This document shows positions 10,005-18,400 of a stretch of 32,000 nt of DNA, piece after piece; within the stretch, counting starts at the first letter, position 1; each line of letters starts with the position of its first letter. Source of the stretch: Candidatus Methylomirabilis oxygeniifera (GTDB lineage: Bacteria > Methylomirabilota > Methylomirabilia > Methylomirabilales > Methylomirabilaceae); NCBI GenBank assembly GCA_000091165.1, contig FP565575.1:2670001-2702000 (forward strand), read 5' to 3'. The position numbers were made by a program, and so were the translations under genes. Under the pieces are notes generated by a model. It did not search any database. It was not told the origin of the DNA and saw nothing but the letters and a program-made list of their open reading frames with translations.

Positions 10005-10026
10005 TGTCCCAAAAGTCTCCTCAGTG

Positions 10027-10136
10027 GTCATTGCGAGGAAGCCGCAGCAACCGCGGCAATCTCACTGTAGTATTCGGCGTCATGGTATTGGGCCGGTAAG
10101 ACCAGGGAGATTGCTTCGCCTATGCCTCGCAATGAC
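10027..10136. repeat. Dispersed inverted-repeat element of the GTCATTGCGAGG...CCTCGCAATGAC type
   Basis: Perfect 12-bp terminal inverted repeats at 10027-10038 and 10125-10136, with the internal CGGCAATCTC/GAGATTGCTTCG motif typical of these elements. Confidence 0.8.
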
Positions 10137-10171
10137 GAGCGGGAGGTGATGGTCTCGGGTTCCTGTGTAAC

Positions 10172-10495
10172 TCAAAGCTCCGGTGCCTGCTCGCGTCGCC
10201 ATTTAGAAAAGTCACGAGCACCGTGAAGAAAGGCGCGGATGATCACTCTGTCCTCGTACACCTTATACAACATGCGGTAGTCGTACACGAGCAACTCACG
10301 GAGGGCTGAGTCGCCGACTTCCTTTACCATTCGGCCTCGCTCCGCAAGTGTCGAGAGACTTGCAGCCGTATCCAGAGCACGGGTGAGTACACGGACCGCA
10401 CCGTCTGGCGATTCCTGCGAGATGTACGCGACAACCTCGTCGAGCGCTTGACGCGCCGACTCGGCCCAGATTACCCGGCGCGTCCGAGCAGCCAC
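10172..10495 (-). CDS. ParE/RelE-superfamily toxin
   Basis: VIWAESARQALDEVVAYISQESPDGAVRVLTRALDTAASLSTLAERGRMVKEVGDSALRELLVYDYRMLYKVYEDRVIIRAFLHGARDF. Confidence 0.9.
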   Translation of the reverse strand: MAARTRRVIWAESARQALDEVVAYISQESPDGAVRVLTRALDTAASLSTLAERGRMVKEVGDSALRELLVYDYRMLYKVYEDRVIIRAFLHGARDFSKWRREQAPEL

Positions 10496-10668
10496 TTGCG
10501 GCGCAACTCTGCGTCAACCTGTTCGTGGGGAACAGTCCGACCCGCCTTCTCGTCCCCTTCGCCACGGGCGGCGGCTTGCACGACATAGAGGTGGTATTGC
10601 ACGTCGTCGAGGGTGCAATCGTCCGGGAGACGATCCAAAAGCGCCCGCACTGTGTCTTTGGCTGTCAT
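10471..10668 (-). CDS. Putative antitoxin paired with the ParE-like toxin
   Basis: Small protein (MTAKDTVRALLDRLPDDCTLDDVQYHLYVVQAA...) upstream of and overlapping the toxin ORF by 25 nt. Confidence 0.8.
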   Translation of the reverse strand: MTAKDTVRALLDRLPDDCTLDDVQYHLYVVQAAARGEGDEKAGRTVPHEQVDAELRRKWLLGRAG

Positions 10669-10776
10669 GAAAACTCTTCTCCTTCCTGCTATCTATCTTC
10701 AAGCATACAAGCCCGCGACCGCGAACTCAACCGTGTCGAATCCGGGAGCGCCCGTTTGGCGGGCTAACACCGGATC

Positions 10777-11026
10777 TCACCGGCGTACGGCAGCGCGTCC
10801 GCGGGAAGTCGCCGGTTCGACCTTCCGCTGTCGCTTCTTGACGATAGCGGCCGGCCCGCGCAGCGCTTCATTGACCGTGTCGTGATCTGAGAAATAACTC
10901 CGCTACGTCGGGATCAATGACGACCACGTTCGCGCCTTCGGCGTATCGTTTGGCATGCTCACCTCGCACGCCGCCGCTGAAATCGTACTCTTCCAGCATG
11001 TCGGGGTCACGCTTTGCTCTCTTCAT
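10777..11026 (-). pseudogene. Frameshifted BrnA-like antitoxin (MKRAKRDPDMLEEYDFSGGVRGEHAKRYAEGANVVVIDPDVAELF / SDHDTVNEALRGPAAIVKK...)
   Basis: The frame starting at 11026 stops at 10868. One extra base near TTATTTCTCAGAT moves the conserved continuation SDHDTVNEALRGPAAIVKKRQRK into another frame, ending at 10777. Confidence 0.75.
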
Positions 11027-11285
11027 GTGTCACCCTTTCATAGTTGGTTGCAAGCCTCGTGCTGATGAGTCGTATTCGGTCACCCCGTTTGGTATGCACA
11101 ACGACCACGAGACGATTTCGTTCGATGGGAGTGGCCAAGCAGAACGAAGCGCTCCTCGTCTTCAGAATGCAGGGGATCGTCGATCGTCTTCGACAGGGGA
11201 TCTCGAATGCCGTACTGGCCTCATCGAGGAGACCCCGTGCATTGCGAGGTTCCTGCGAGCCTTCTACAGGCCCATTCAAACACCA
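11007..11285 (-). pseudogene. Decayed BrnT-like toxin
   Basis: BrnT-like blocks lie in different minus-strand frames: FEW, KARRNLAMHGVS, LDEASTAF, TIDDPLHSEDEERFVLLGHSHR, ERNRLVVVVHTKRGDRIRLISTRLATNYER. Confidence 0.75.
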
Positions 11286-11527
11286 AGGTCATCGGATGTC
11301 AACCATCCTTCATAACTCGCTGATTCGTCCAGCGTGGGGTATGGCTCGTGACCTCCAGGATGTGGGGGCCTGGTGCTCATCGATCCGCGGTAACGGCTTT
11401 ATCGCTCGCCTGCCCAGGATGTCGCCTGAGAAGAATCACAACGCGGCTTCAAGAATATGGAATAGTTACGGCTCGATAGAGGTGCCCAGCGCCTTTTTAC
11501 TTACGGTTAACATTTTCTCACTTGGGA

Positions 11528-12010
11528 CTACCAGTCACCAATGATTTGCCGGGTTTTGCCAGCGGAGATCGGAATTGATTTTCGTGGGTTGACAGGAAAC
11601 TCCGCCTTGCAGTTCGGACAATCGAAGACTCCCGTTATCATACGTCGGTCCTGGAGGATCTGCGCTGAGCCTTTCACAAAGCAGACTGGACACGCATAGT
11701 GCTTCGGAGGTCCGCTCGACTCGTAGACGACTGCACCGCCTGGCGTCTCGCTGAGCCGGTACTGAGCTTTCACCGCATTCCATTCATCGCGAGCGGCAAG
11801 GTCCTGGCGGAGGCGGTCGTTCTCGCTTTGGAGTCGGAACAGCTCCTCTCGCAACTCGAAGAGGGTGTCCAGTGCCGTGCCCAGCTTTTCGAGCACCGCC
11901 GTCACCTGGATCTGTGTCTCTTTTTCAATCTTGTACCCGAGCGCTGCTTGCAAAGAGTCCTTCGCGAACTTGATCCCAGTGATAGCTGCGCCGACCGTGG
12001 CGATGTCCAT
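11528..12010 (-). CDS. Hypothetical protein, coiled-coil plus zinc-ribbon-like domain
   Basis: Heptad-rich ELREELFRLQSENDRLRQDLAARDEW followed by YACPVCFVKGSAQILQDRRMITGVFDCPNCKAEFPV. Confidence 0.7.
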   Translation of the reverse strand: MDIATVGAAITGIKFAKDSLQAALGYKIEKETQIQVTAVLEKLGTALDTLFELREELFRLQSENDRLRQDLAARDEWNAVKAQYRLSETPGGAVVYESSGPPKHYACPVCFVKGSAQILQDRRMITGVFDCPNCKAEFPVNPRKSIPISAGKTRQIIGDW

Positions 12011-12101
12011 ATCGAGTTCCCCCTCCTGCCGCTAACTCTTGACGAGATCGGTTAACCCCTCTCGCATGTAGAAACCTTCAACGTTTGGGGCAATTTTCCC
12101 G

Positions 12102-12135
12102 CCTTTGCAAGGACTTGTCAAGATTCGCCATGACT
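12102..12135. repeat. Short direct repeat, copy B
   Basis: Matches 9489-9522 (see copy A). Confidence 0.5.
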
Positions 12136-12264
12136 TTGGGAACCGGCCGGTCTTGACAGCGGCGGGGTGATCTGATAACTGCTTACACGAGCAGAGGGTT
12201 GTGTCCGCCCATGCCGGGACTTGGCGGCGTCTTACGGTGACAAGCAGCAGCAGACACGAGGTGA

Positions 12265-12618
12265 ATGATGCCGATCTATGAATACGCGTGCAGCAGTTGC
12301 AGGAAGCGGGTAAGCCTGCTGATCCGGAATATCCATCACCCCGCTACGCCCGTCTGCCCACGCTGTGGGGGTCGGGAGTTGACGCGGCTGCTCTCCCGGT
12401 TCGCCGTGGTCAAGTCTGAAGAGAGCCGCTTTGAGCGGATGGCCGACCCCAGCAATTTCGGCGATCTTGACGAGAACGATCCGAAGAGTGTGGCGCGCTG
12501 GGCCAAGCGGATGGGGAAAGAGATGGGCGAGGATGTCGGCGAGGACTTCGACCAGATGATGGAAGAGGCAGCGGAGGAAGAGGGGGCGGCCGGAGGGGGA
12601 GCAGAGACCGAGGAGTAG
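12265..12618 (+). CDS. FmdB-family zinc-ribbon protein
   Basis: MPIYEYACSSCRKRVSLLI...CPRCGGRELTRLLSRFAVVKS. Confidence 0.9.
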   Translation: MMPIYEYACSSCRKRVSLLIRNIHHPATPVCPRCGGRELTRLLSRFAVVKSEESRFERMADPSNFGDLDENDPKSVARWAKRMGKEMGEDVGEDFDQMMEEAAEEEGAAGGGAETEE

Positions 12619-12740
12619 GTGACGGATGTGCGCCCGGCCTTCCCGAACCGCGTTTCACCTTGACATTGGCGCGCCGTTTTGGATATAGTCGCCACGGATT
12701 AAAGAGACATATCGGCGTCATCATAACGTTAGAGGCAGCG

Positions 12741-13880
12741 ATGAAAAAGCGACATTTACTAGCGCCAGGCCCGACTCCGGTCCTTCCGGAGGCCTTGCTG
12801 GCGATGGCCAGGCCGATTCTGTACCATCGCGGTCCTGAGTACGAAGTGCTCCTTGCCTCCGTCCGGGAAGGGCTCAAATTTCTCTTCCAAACCAAAAACG
12901 AGGTGCTGTTGTTCACCTCATCCGGTACCGGTGGGATGGAGGGGACTGTGGTGAACACGCTCTCACCCGGCGATCATGCCGTGGTCATCAGGAGCGGTAA
13001 GTTCGGCGAACGCTGGGGAGAGATCTGCGAGGCCTATGGCCTTCAGCCTCAGTACATCGATGTCGAGTGGGGGCGAGCGGTAGAGCCCGACCTCGTGGCG
13101 GCGGCGCTTGCGGCTGATCCCTCGATCAAGGCGGTCTTTGCCACGCACACAGAGAGCTCCACCGGCGTCATACACGATATTGAGGCGATCGCCCGGATCG
13201 TGGGGAGGACGCCGGCCATCCTGGTCGTTGACGCCATTATGAGTCTGGGGGTGGCAAGTTTGCCGATGGATACCTGGGGGGTGGACGTCGTTGTGGGCGG
13301 ATCTCAGAAGGGCTTGATGATCCCGCCGGGTCTCGCCTTCTGCGCGGTCTCCGACAAGGCCTGGGCGATGGTGCGACAATCCCGCCTTCCGAAGTTCTAC
13401 TTCAACTTCCTGGCAGAGCGGAAGAGCCTGGAGAAGAACCAGAATACCTTCACGCCGGCGGTGTCGTTGGTCATGGCGCTTCACGAGTCCCTCGCCGCGA
13501 TCAGGGCGGAGGGTCTCACTGCGCTGTTCGCGCGGCATGATCGGCTTGCGCGGGCGACCCGTGCCGGCGTGCGCGCGCTCGGACTCGAACTATTCACCGA
13601 CCGGCCTACCCCGGCGCTGACCGCCGTTGTCGCCCCGTCGGGTCTCGAGGCCGGCGCCATCGTAAAGAGGCTTCGAGCGGCTCACGGTATCACCATCTCG
13701 GGCGGACAGGCGCAGCTTAAAGGGAAAATCTTCCGTTTGGCTCACCTGGGATACGCCGACGAATCCGATGTTGTGATCTGCCTCGCGGCACTGGAACGAA
13801 CCCTTACCGATCTCGGCTACCCGGTCAAGCTGGGCGAGGGGGTACGGGCGGCCCAAGAGGTGCTGAGTCAGGCGGGCTGA
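12741..13880 (+). CDS. Class V PLP-dependent aminotransferase (serine-glyoxylate/alanine-glyoxylate type)
   Basis: KKRHLLAPGPTPVLPEALLAMARPILYHRGPEY, FTSSGTGGMEG, DAIMSLGVASLPMDTWGVDVVVGGSQKGLMIPPGLAF. ATG at 12741. Confidence 0.92.
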   Translation: MKKRHLLAPGPTPVLPEALLAMARPILYHRGPEYEVLLASVREGLKFLFQTKNEVLLFTSSGTGGMEGTVVNTLSPGDHAVVIRSGKFGERWGEICEAYGLQPQYIDVEWGRAVEPDLVAAALAADPSIKAVFATHTESSTGVIHDIEAIARIVGRTPAILVVDAIMSLGVASLPMDTWGVDVVVGGSQKGLMIPPGLAFCAVSDKAWAMVRQSRLPKFYFNFLAERKSLEKNQNTFTPAVSLVMALHESLAAIRAEGLTALFARHDRLARATRAGVRALGLELFTDRPTPALTAVVAPSGLEAGAIVKRLRAAHGITISGGQAQLKGKIFRLAHLGYADESDVVICLAALERTLTDLGYPVKLGEGVRAAQEVLSQAG

Positions 13881-13946
13881 GGAAGAGCAGCTCTCAGCTA
13901 ACAGCCGACAGCTAATAGCTGACTGTTGCTCTTGATAGGGGAACGA

Positions 13947-15527
13947 ATGCGAATCCTTGTAAGCGACGGCTTGTCGCCGCGCGGCATCGAGGTGTTGCGC
14001 CAGGCCGAGGGGTTTGAGGTCGATGAGCGGCGCAAGTTGACACCGGAGGCGCTGCAGGAGTGCATCGACAACTACGACGGCCTGATTGTCCGTAGCGCCA
14101 CCAAGGTCACCGCGCCGATCCTGCGAGCTGCGCACCACCTTAAGGTGGTAGGGCGGGCGGGCGTCGGGGTGGACAATATCGACGTCGAGGCGGCGACCGC
14201 TCGCGGTGTCCTGGTGATGAATGCCCCAAGCGGCAATACTCTGGCCACCGCCGAACATACCTTCTCACTCCTGCTGTCGCTTGCCAAGAATATCCCGCAG
14301 GCGACCGCCTCGATGAAAGGCGGTCGGTGGGAGAAGGGCGCATTTCTCAGTGTCGAGTTGGGGGGGAAGACGTTGGGGATCATCGGCTTGGGGCGGATCG
14401 GCGGCGAGGTGGCTCGACGCGCCAAAGGGTTTGCCATGCGCGTCATCGTCGCTGATCCCTTTGTGTCCGAAGAGACCGCGACCGCGCTGGGGGTCGAACT
14501 GGTGGAACTCCCGGACCTGTTCCAACGGTCGGATTTTATCACCGTTCACACCCCTATCACCCCGGAGACGTACCATCTCATCGATCGCGACGCGATCGCG
14601 CGGATGAAAACAGGGGTTCGGATCATCAATTGCGCGAGGGGCGGGATCGTCGACGAGACGGCGCTGTATGAGGCGATGAAGGCCGGCAAGGTTGCGGGCG
14701 CGGCGATGGATGTGTTTGAACAGGAGCCGACGACCGACTCGTCGCTGTTTTCGCTCAACAACTTCATCTGCACCCCGCATATCGGCGCAGCGAGCGAGGA
14801 AGCGCAGGAGAATGTCGCCGTCGAGATCGCCCAGCAAATCGTCGAGTATCTCCAGAAAGGGCTGATCAGGAACGCCGTGAATGCCCCGTCGATCGATCCG
14901 GCGCTGTACAAGATGCTTCAGCCGTACCTCACCCTGTCCGAGAAACTGGGCCGCCTGGCCTCTCAGCTTGCCGAGGGGGGGCTGCGCCAGATTCGGATCG
15001 ATTACCGGGGTGAGATTGCGGGCTATGACCCGGCGGCGCTCACCGCATCCGTCATCAAGGGGGCGCTGGACCCCTTCCTGGGCGATGAGGTCAACTACGT
15101 CAACGCCCTGGCTCTGGCGAAAGGACGCGGCATCCGGATCATCGAGAGTAAGGTGCTGGAGGAAGCCGACTACGCGAGCCTCATCACCGTCTCGATTAAA
15201 GGCGACCGTGGCACGAGTGAGGTGGCAGGGACGCTCTTCAGCCGCCGCGAGCCTAGGGTCGTCCGGATCAACGAATTCCGTCTGGAAGCCATTCCGGAGG
15301 GTTATCTCCTGATCTTTTCCAATTTGGACGTACCTGGAGTTATCGGGACGATCGGCACCTTGCTCGGAAAGCACCGGGTCAACATCGCCGGAATGCAGTT
15401 GGGGCGGGAGCAACCCGGCGGTCGGGCCGTATCGGTGGTGAATGTCGACAATCCTGTTCCTGCTCATGTCATCGATGAGATCCGGCGGCTTCCCAATATC
15501 GTCTTCGTCAAGCTGGTGAAGGCCTAA
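13947..15527 (+). CDS. serA: D-3-phosphoglycerate dehydrogenase
   Basis: MRILVSDGLSPRGIEVLRQ, VGRAGVGVDNIDVEAATARGVLVMNAPSGNT, GLGRIGGEVA, a long C-terminus and an ACT domain (VIGTIGTLLGKHRVNIAGMQLGR). Confidence 0.97.
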   Translation: MRILVSDGLSPRGIEVLRQAEGFEVDERRKLTPEALQECIDNYDGLIVRSATKVTAPILRAAHHLKVVGRAGVGVDNIDVEAATARGVLVMNAPSGNTLATAEHTFSLLLSLAKNIPQATASMKGGRWEKGAFLSVELGGKTLGIIGLGRIGGEVARRAKGFAMRVIVADPFVSEETATALGVELVELPDLFQRSDFITVHTPITPETYHLIDRDAIARMKTGVRIINCARGGIVDETALYEAMKAGKVAGAAMDVFEQEPTTDSSLFSLNNFICTPHIGAASEEAQENVAVEIAQQIVEYLQKGLIRNAVNAPSIDPALYKMLQPYLTLSEKLGRLASQLAEGGLRQIRIDYRGEIAGYDPAALTASVIKGALDPFLGDEVNYVNALALAKGRGIRIIESKVLEEADYASLITVSIKGDRGTSEVAGTLFSRREPRVVRINEFRLEAIPEGYLLIFSNLDVPGVIGTIGTLLGKHRVNIAGMQLGREQPGGRAVSVVNVDNPVPAHVIDEIRRLPNIVFVKLVKA

Positions 15528-15577
15528 AAGCAGCGGTCAGTGATCACGAAACGCTGAACGCTGATAGCCGATCTTCA

Positions 15578-16891
15578 ATGAGCGACTTCGAATATTCCCC
15601 CAAGACCGCCATCCCGAAAGGGGTTCGGGTCTTTCCGCCGGAGGAGACCGCACTGCGCCGCTGGGCGGAGCGCCGGATCCTGACGGTTTTCGAGAGATGG
15701 GGGTTCCAGGAGGTCATCACCCCGACGTTCGAATATCTGGAGGTCTTCTCGGGAGAGCCGGAGCGGGAGGGCGGAGACAAGATCTTCAAGTTCGTCGATC
15801 GGCCGACCGGCCGTCTGCTCGCGCTGCGGTACGACCCGACCCCTCAGGTGGCGCGCCTCGCCGCGACCACCCTTCGGCACCGGTCCTTGCCGTTGCGTCT
15901 TTCGTACGCGACAAATATCTTTCGCGATGAGGCCCCTCAGACCGGTCGGCAACGCGAGTATGTCCAGCTTGGCGTGGAACTGATCGGGCTGGAGCGGCCG
16001 GAGGCCGATGCCGAGATGGTGGCGATGGCGATAGAAGGCTGCCGAGCCCTCGGCCTGCAGCGCTTTCAAATCGATGTGGGGCAGATCGAGTATGTGCGGG
16101 GGCTCGTCGATGCCCTGGGGCCTCCACCTGATCGACGCCGGGCGTTGGTTTCGGCCATCGATAGGAAGGATACTGTCGAGATTGAACTGCTCGTCCGAGG
16201 TCTGGACGCGGACGACAAGTCCAAGCAGGCGGTGTTGGAACTGCCGATGCTCTATGGAGGGAAGGAGGTCCTGGCTCGTGGGCGGGATCTGGCGCCTAAC
16301 CGCCGGTCGCAAGAGGCCCTGCGAAACCTCGCCCAGGTCTATGAGGTGCTGGAGCAGTACGGTCTGGCGGATCAGGTCATCATTGATCTCGGTGAAGCGA
16401 GAGCCTTCGAGTACCACACCGGCGTCACCTTTTCGGCATTCGCGCAGGGCCTGGGTTCCGAGATTTCGCGCGGCGGCCGATACGACGACCTGATCGGTGG
16501 GTTCGGGTATCCGTGTCCCGCCACCGGCTTCGCCTTCGATCTGGACAAGGTCATGGAGGCGGTCGCGACCGAGAACCGGCCTCCGCCGGCGACCGGTCAG
16601 AGGTTCCTGATTATCGACTTCAACCCCGATAAGCGGAACGCCCTTCGCGTCGCGCGGCTTCTGCGGGAACAGGGTTACACGGCAGCGAGAGACATCATTA
16701 CGCGGGGCCTGGAGGGCTCATTTGACTATGCCAAAAGATCCGGGATCGGCCGAGCGATCGTGCTGGGCCTTCCTCATCTGCCTCAAGATGAATTGCTTAT
16801 CAGGGATCTTGCCTCTGGGACTGAGGAGCGGGTCCCGGTCGAGCGGTTTTGCGGCGAGGTCGAACGTGGAGAGCGGCGATGGCTAATGTAA
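15578..16891 (+). CDS. hisZ: ATP phosphoribosyltransferase regulatory subunit (HisRS-like)
   Basis: MSDFEYSPKTAIPKGVRVFPPEETALRRWAERRILTVFERWGFQEVITPTFEYLEVF, RYDPTPQVAR, ISRGGRYDDLIGGFG; precedes purA. Confidence 0.88.
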   Translation: MSDFEYSPKTAIPKGVRVFPPEETALRRWAERRILTVFERWGFQEVITPTFEYLEVFSGEPEREGGDKIFKFVDRPTGRLLALRYDPTPQVARLAATTLRHRSLPLRLSYATNIFRDEAPQTGRQREYVQLGVELIGLERPEADAEMVAMAIEGCRALGLQRFQIDVGQIEYVRGLVDALGPPPDRRRALVSAIDRKDTVEIELLVRGLDADDKSKQAVLELPMLYGGKEVLARGRDLAPNRRSQEALRNLAQVYEVLEQYGLADQVIIDLGEARAFEYHTGVTFSAFAQGLGSEISRGGRYDDLIGGFGYPCPATGFAFDLDKVMEAVATENRPPPATGQRFLIIDFNPDKRNALRVARLLREQGYTAARDIITRGLEGSFDYAKRSGIGRAIVLGLPHLPQDELLIRDLASGTEERVPVERFCGEVERGERRWLM

Positions 16892-18189
16892 TCGTTGTCG
16901 GCACGCAGTGGGGCGATGAAGGGAAGGGGAAGATCGTCGATCTTCTCTCCGAGTATTTCGATGCGGTGGCCCGGTACCAGGGTGGGTCCAACGCCGGCCA
17001 TACGGTCGTTGTAGAAGAGGAGAAGATTGTCCTGCATCTGGTCCCGTCAGGCGTGCTGAGGAAGGGGAAGGTCTGCATTCTGGGGAACGGTGTGGTGATT
17101 GATCTGATCGCCCTCATCCAGGAAATGGATCAGCTCGGAAGGCTGCACGTCAAGATCGAGGAGAACTTTTTTATCAGCAAAAACGCGCATCTGGTGCTCC
17201 CCTATCATATGATCCTCGACGCGGAGCTGGAGCGGCTCCGAGAGGGTCGGCAGATCGGGACGACCCGACGCGGAATCGGGCCGGCCTATGTCGATAAGAT
17301 GGCGAGGGCAGGGATCCGGGTGGGCGACCTGGCCGACCGCGACCGCTTCAAGGAGCAGCTCCGCAGCAACCTTGAAGCGAAGCGAGCCCAGTTTCCCCAC
17401 CATCAGGAGTTGCAAGAGCTGGATCTCGAAAAGATGGCGGTGGAGCAGCTTGAACTGTTCGAGCGCATTCGCGGCTTCGTGGTAGACAGCTCCCTCGTGA
17501 TTCACGACCTGATTAAAACCGGGAAGCGCGTCCTGTTTGAGGGGGCACAGGGGACCCTCCTGGACGTTGATCTTGGGACCTATCCTTATGTCACCTCATC
17601 GAGCGCCACGGCCGGAGGCGCCTGCACCGGGACCGGGGTCAGTCCGCTGACGATCGACGGTGTCCTCGGCGTCACCAAGGCCTATGCGACGCGAGTCGGC
17701 GAGGGTCCGATGCCGACGGAGCTGACGGATAGCATCGGTCAGATACTGCAGACGCGCGGGCAGGAGTTCGGGGCCACAACGGGACGACCGAGGCGCTGCG
17801 GCTGGTTCGATGCCGTGGCCGTCAGGTACAGCGCCAGAATCAACGGCCTCTCGGCTCTCGCGTTGATGAAGCTGGACGTCCTGGATGCCTGTGACCCGAT
17901 CCGGATCTGTACGGGCTACCGACACAACGATAGGATTCTCCGAGAGTTTCCGAACGAAATCGGTCTGCTGCAGGCGTGTGAGCCGATCTATGAAGAGGTG
18001 CCGGGCTGGAACCAGAGTATTGCGGGTATCACCTCATACAAACATCTGCCGGCCAACTGCCGGGCCTATATCGAACGGATTGAGGGACTGACGGGGGTCA
18101 AGGCCGGGCTCATTTCGACAGGGCCCCGGCGGGACCAGACGATCCTTCGCTCGACACCGGCCTTGCGGCAGTGGGGGCTGACACGCTAA
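16879..18189 (+). CDS. purA: Adenylosuccinate synthetase
   Basis: MANVIVVGTQWGDEGKGKIVDLLSEYFDAVARYQGGSNAGHTVV, FEGAQGTLLDVDLGTYPYVTSS. ATG at 16879 overlaps the hisZ end. Confidence 0.98.
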   Translation: MANVIVVGTQWGDEGKGKIVDLLSEYFDAVARYQGGSNAGHTVVVEEEKIVLHLVPSGVLRKGKVCILGNGVVIDLIALIQEMDQLGRLHVKIEENFFISKNAHLVLPYHMILDAELERLREGRQIGTTRRGIGPAYVDKMARAGIRVGDLADRDRFKEQLRSNLEAKRAQFPHHQELQELDLEKMAVEQLELFERIRGFVVDSSLVIHDLIKTGKRVLFEGAQGTLLDVDLGTYPYVTSSSATAGGACTGTGVSPLTIDGVLGVTKAYATRVGEGPMPTELTDSIGQILQTRGQEFGATTGRPRRCGWFDAVAVRYSARINGLSALALMKLDVLDACDPIRICTGYRHNDRILREFPNEIGLLQACEPIYEEVPGWNQSIAGITSYKHLPANCRAYIERIEGLTGVKAGLISTGPRRDQTILRSTPALRQWGLTR

Positions 18190-18290
18190 GCTGCCGTAGA
18201 ACGAGCATTCAGCGCTCAGCCATCAGCTTCAGACAATACCGTAATTACCGGAAAAGCTGACTGCTGAACGCTGATAGCTGCCCTTTTCAC

Positions 18291-18366
18291 GACCCGTTAG
18301 CTCAGTTGGCAGAGCTCCTGCCTTTTAAGCAGGGAGTCTCGGGTTCGAGTCCCGAACGGGTCACCA
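18291..18366 (+). tRNA. tRNA-Lys (anticodon TTT), CCA encoded
   Basis: GACCCGT/ACGGGTC acceptor stem, anticodon loop CTTTTAA, T-arm GGGTTCGAGTCCC, terminal ACCA. Confidence 0.98.
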
Positions 18367-18400
18367 CTCCACCCTCGCTCTCCTTCATGGAAAAGAATTC

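Noticed and set aside
14265-15467. 400-aa minus-strand ORF opposite serA
   Set aside because: Shadow ORF in high-GC codon-biased sequence. Its composition is Arg/His/Asp-rich without motifs, while the plus strand is a clear SerA.
15575-16417. 280-aa minus-strand ORF opposite hisZ
   Set aside because: Shadow ORF; the plus strand has convincing HisZ motifs.
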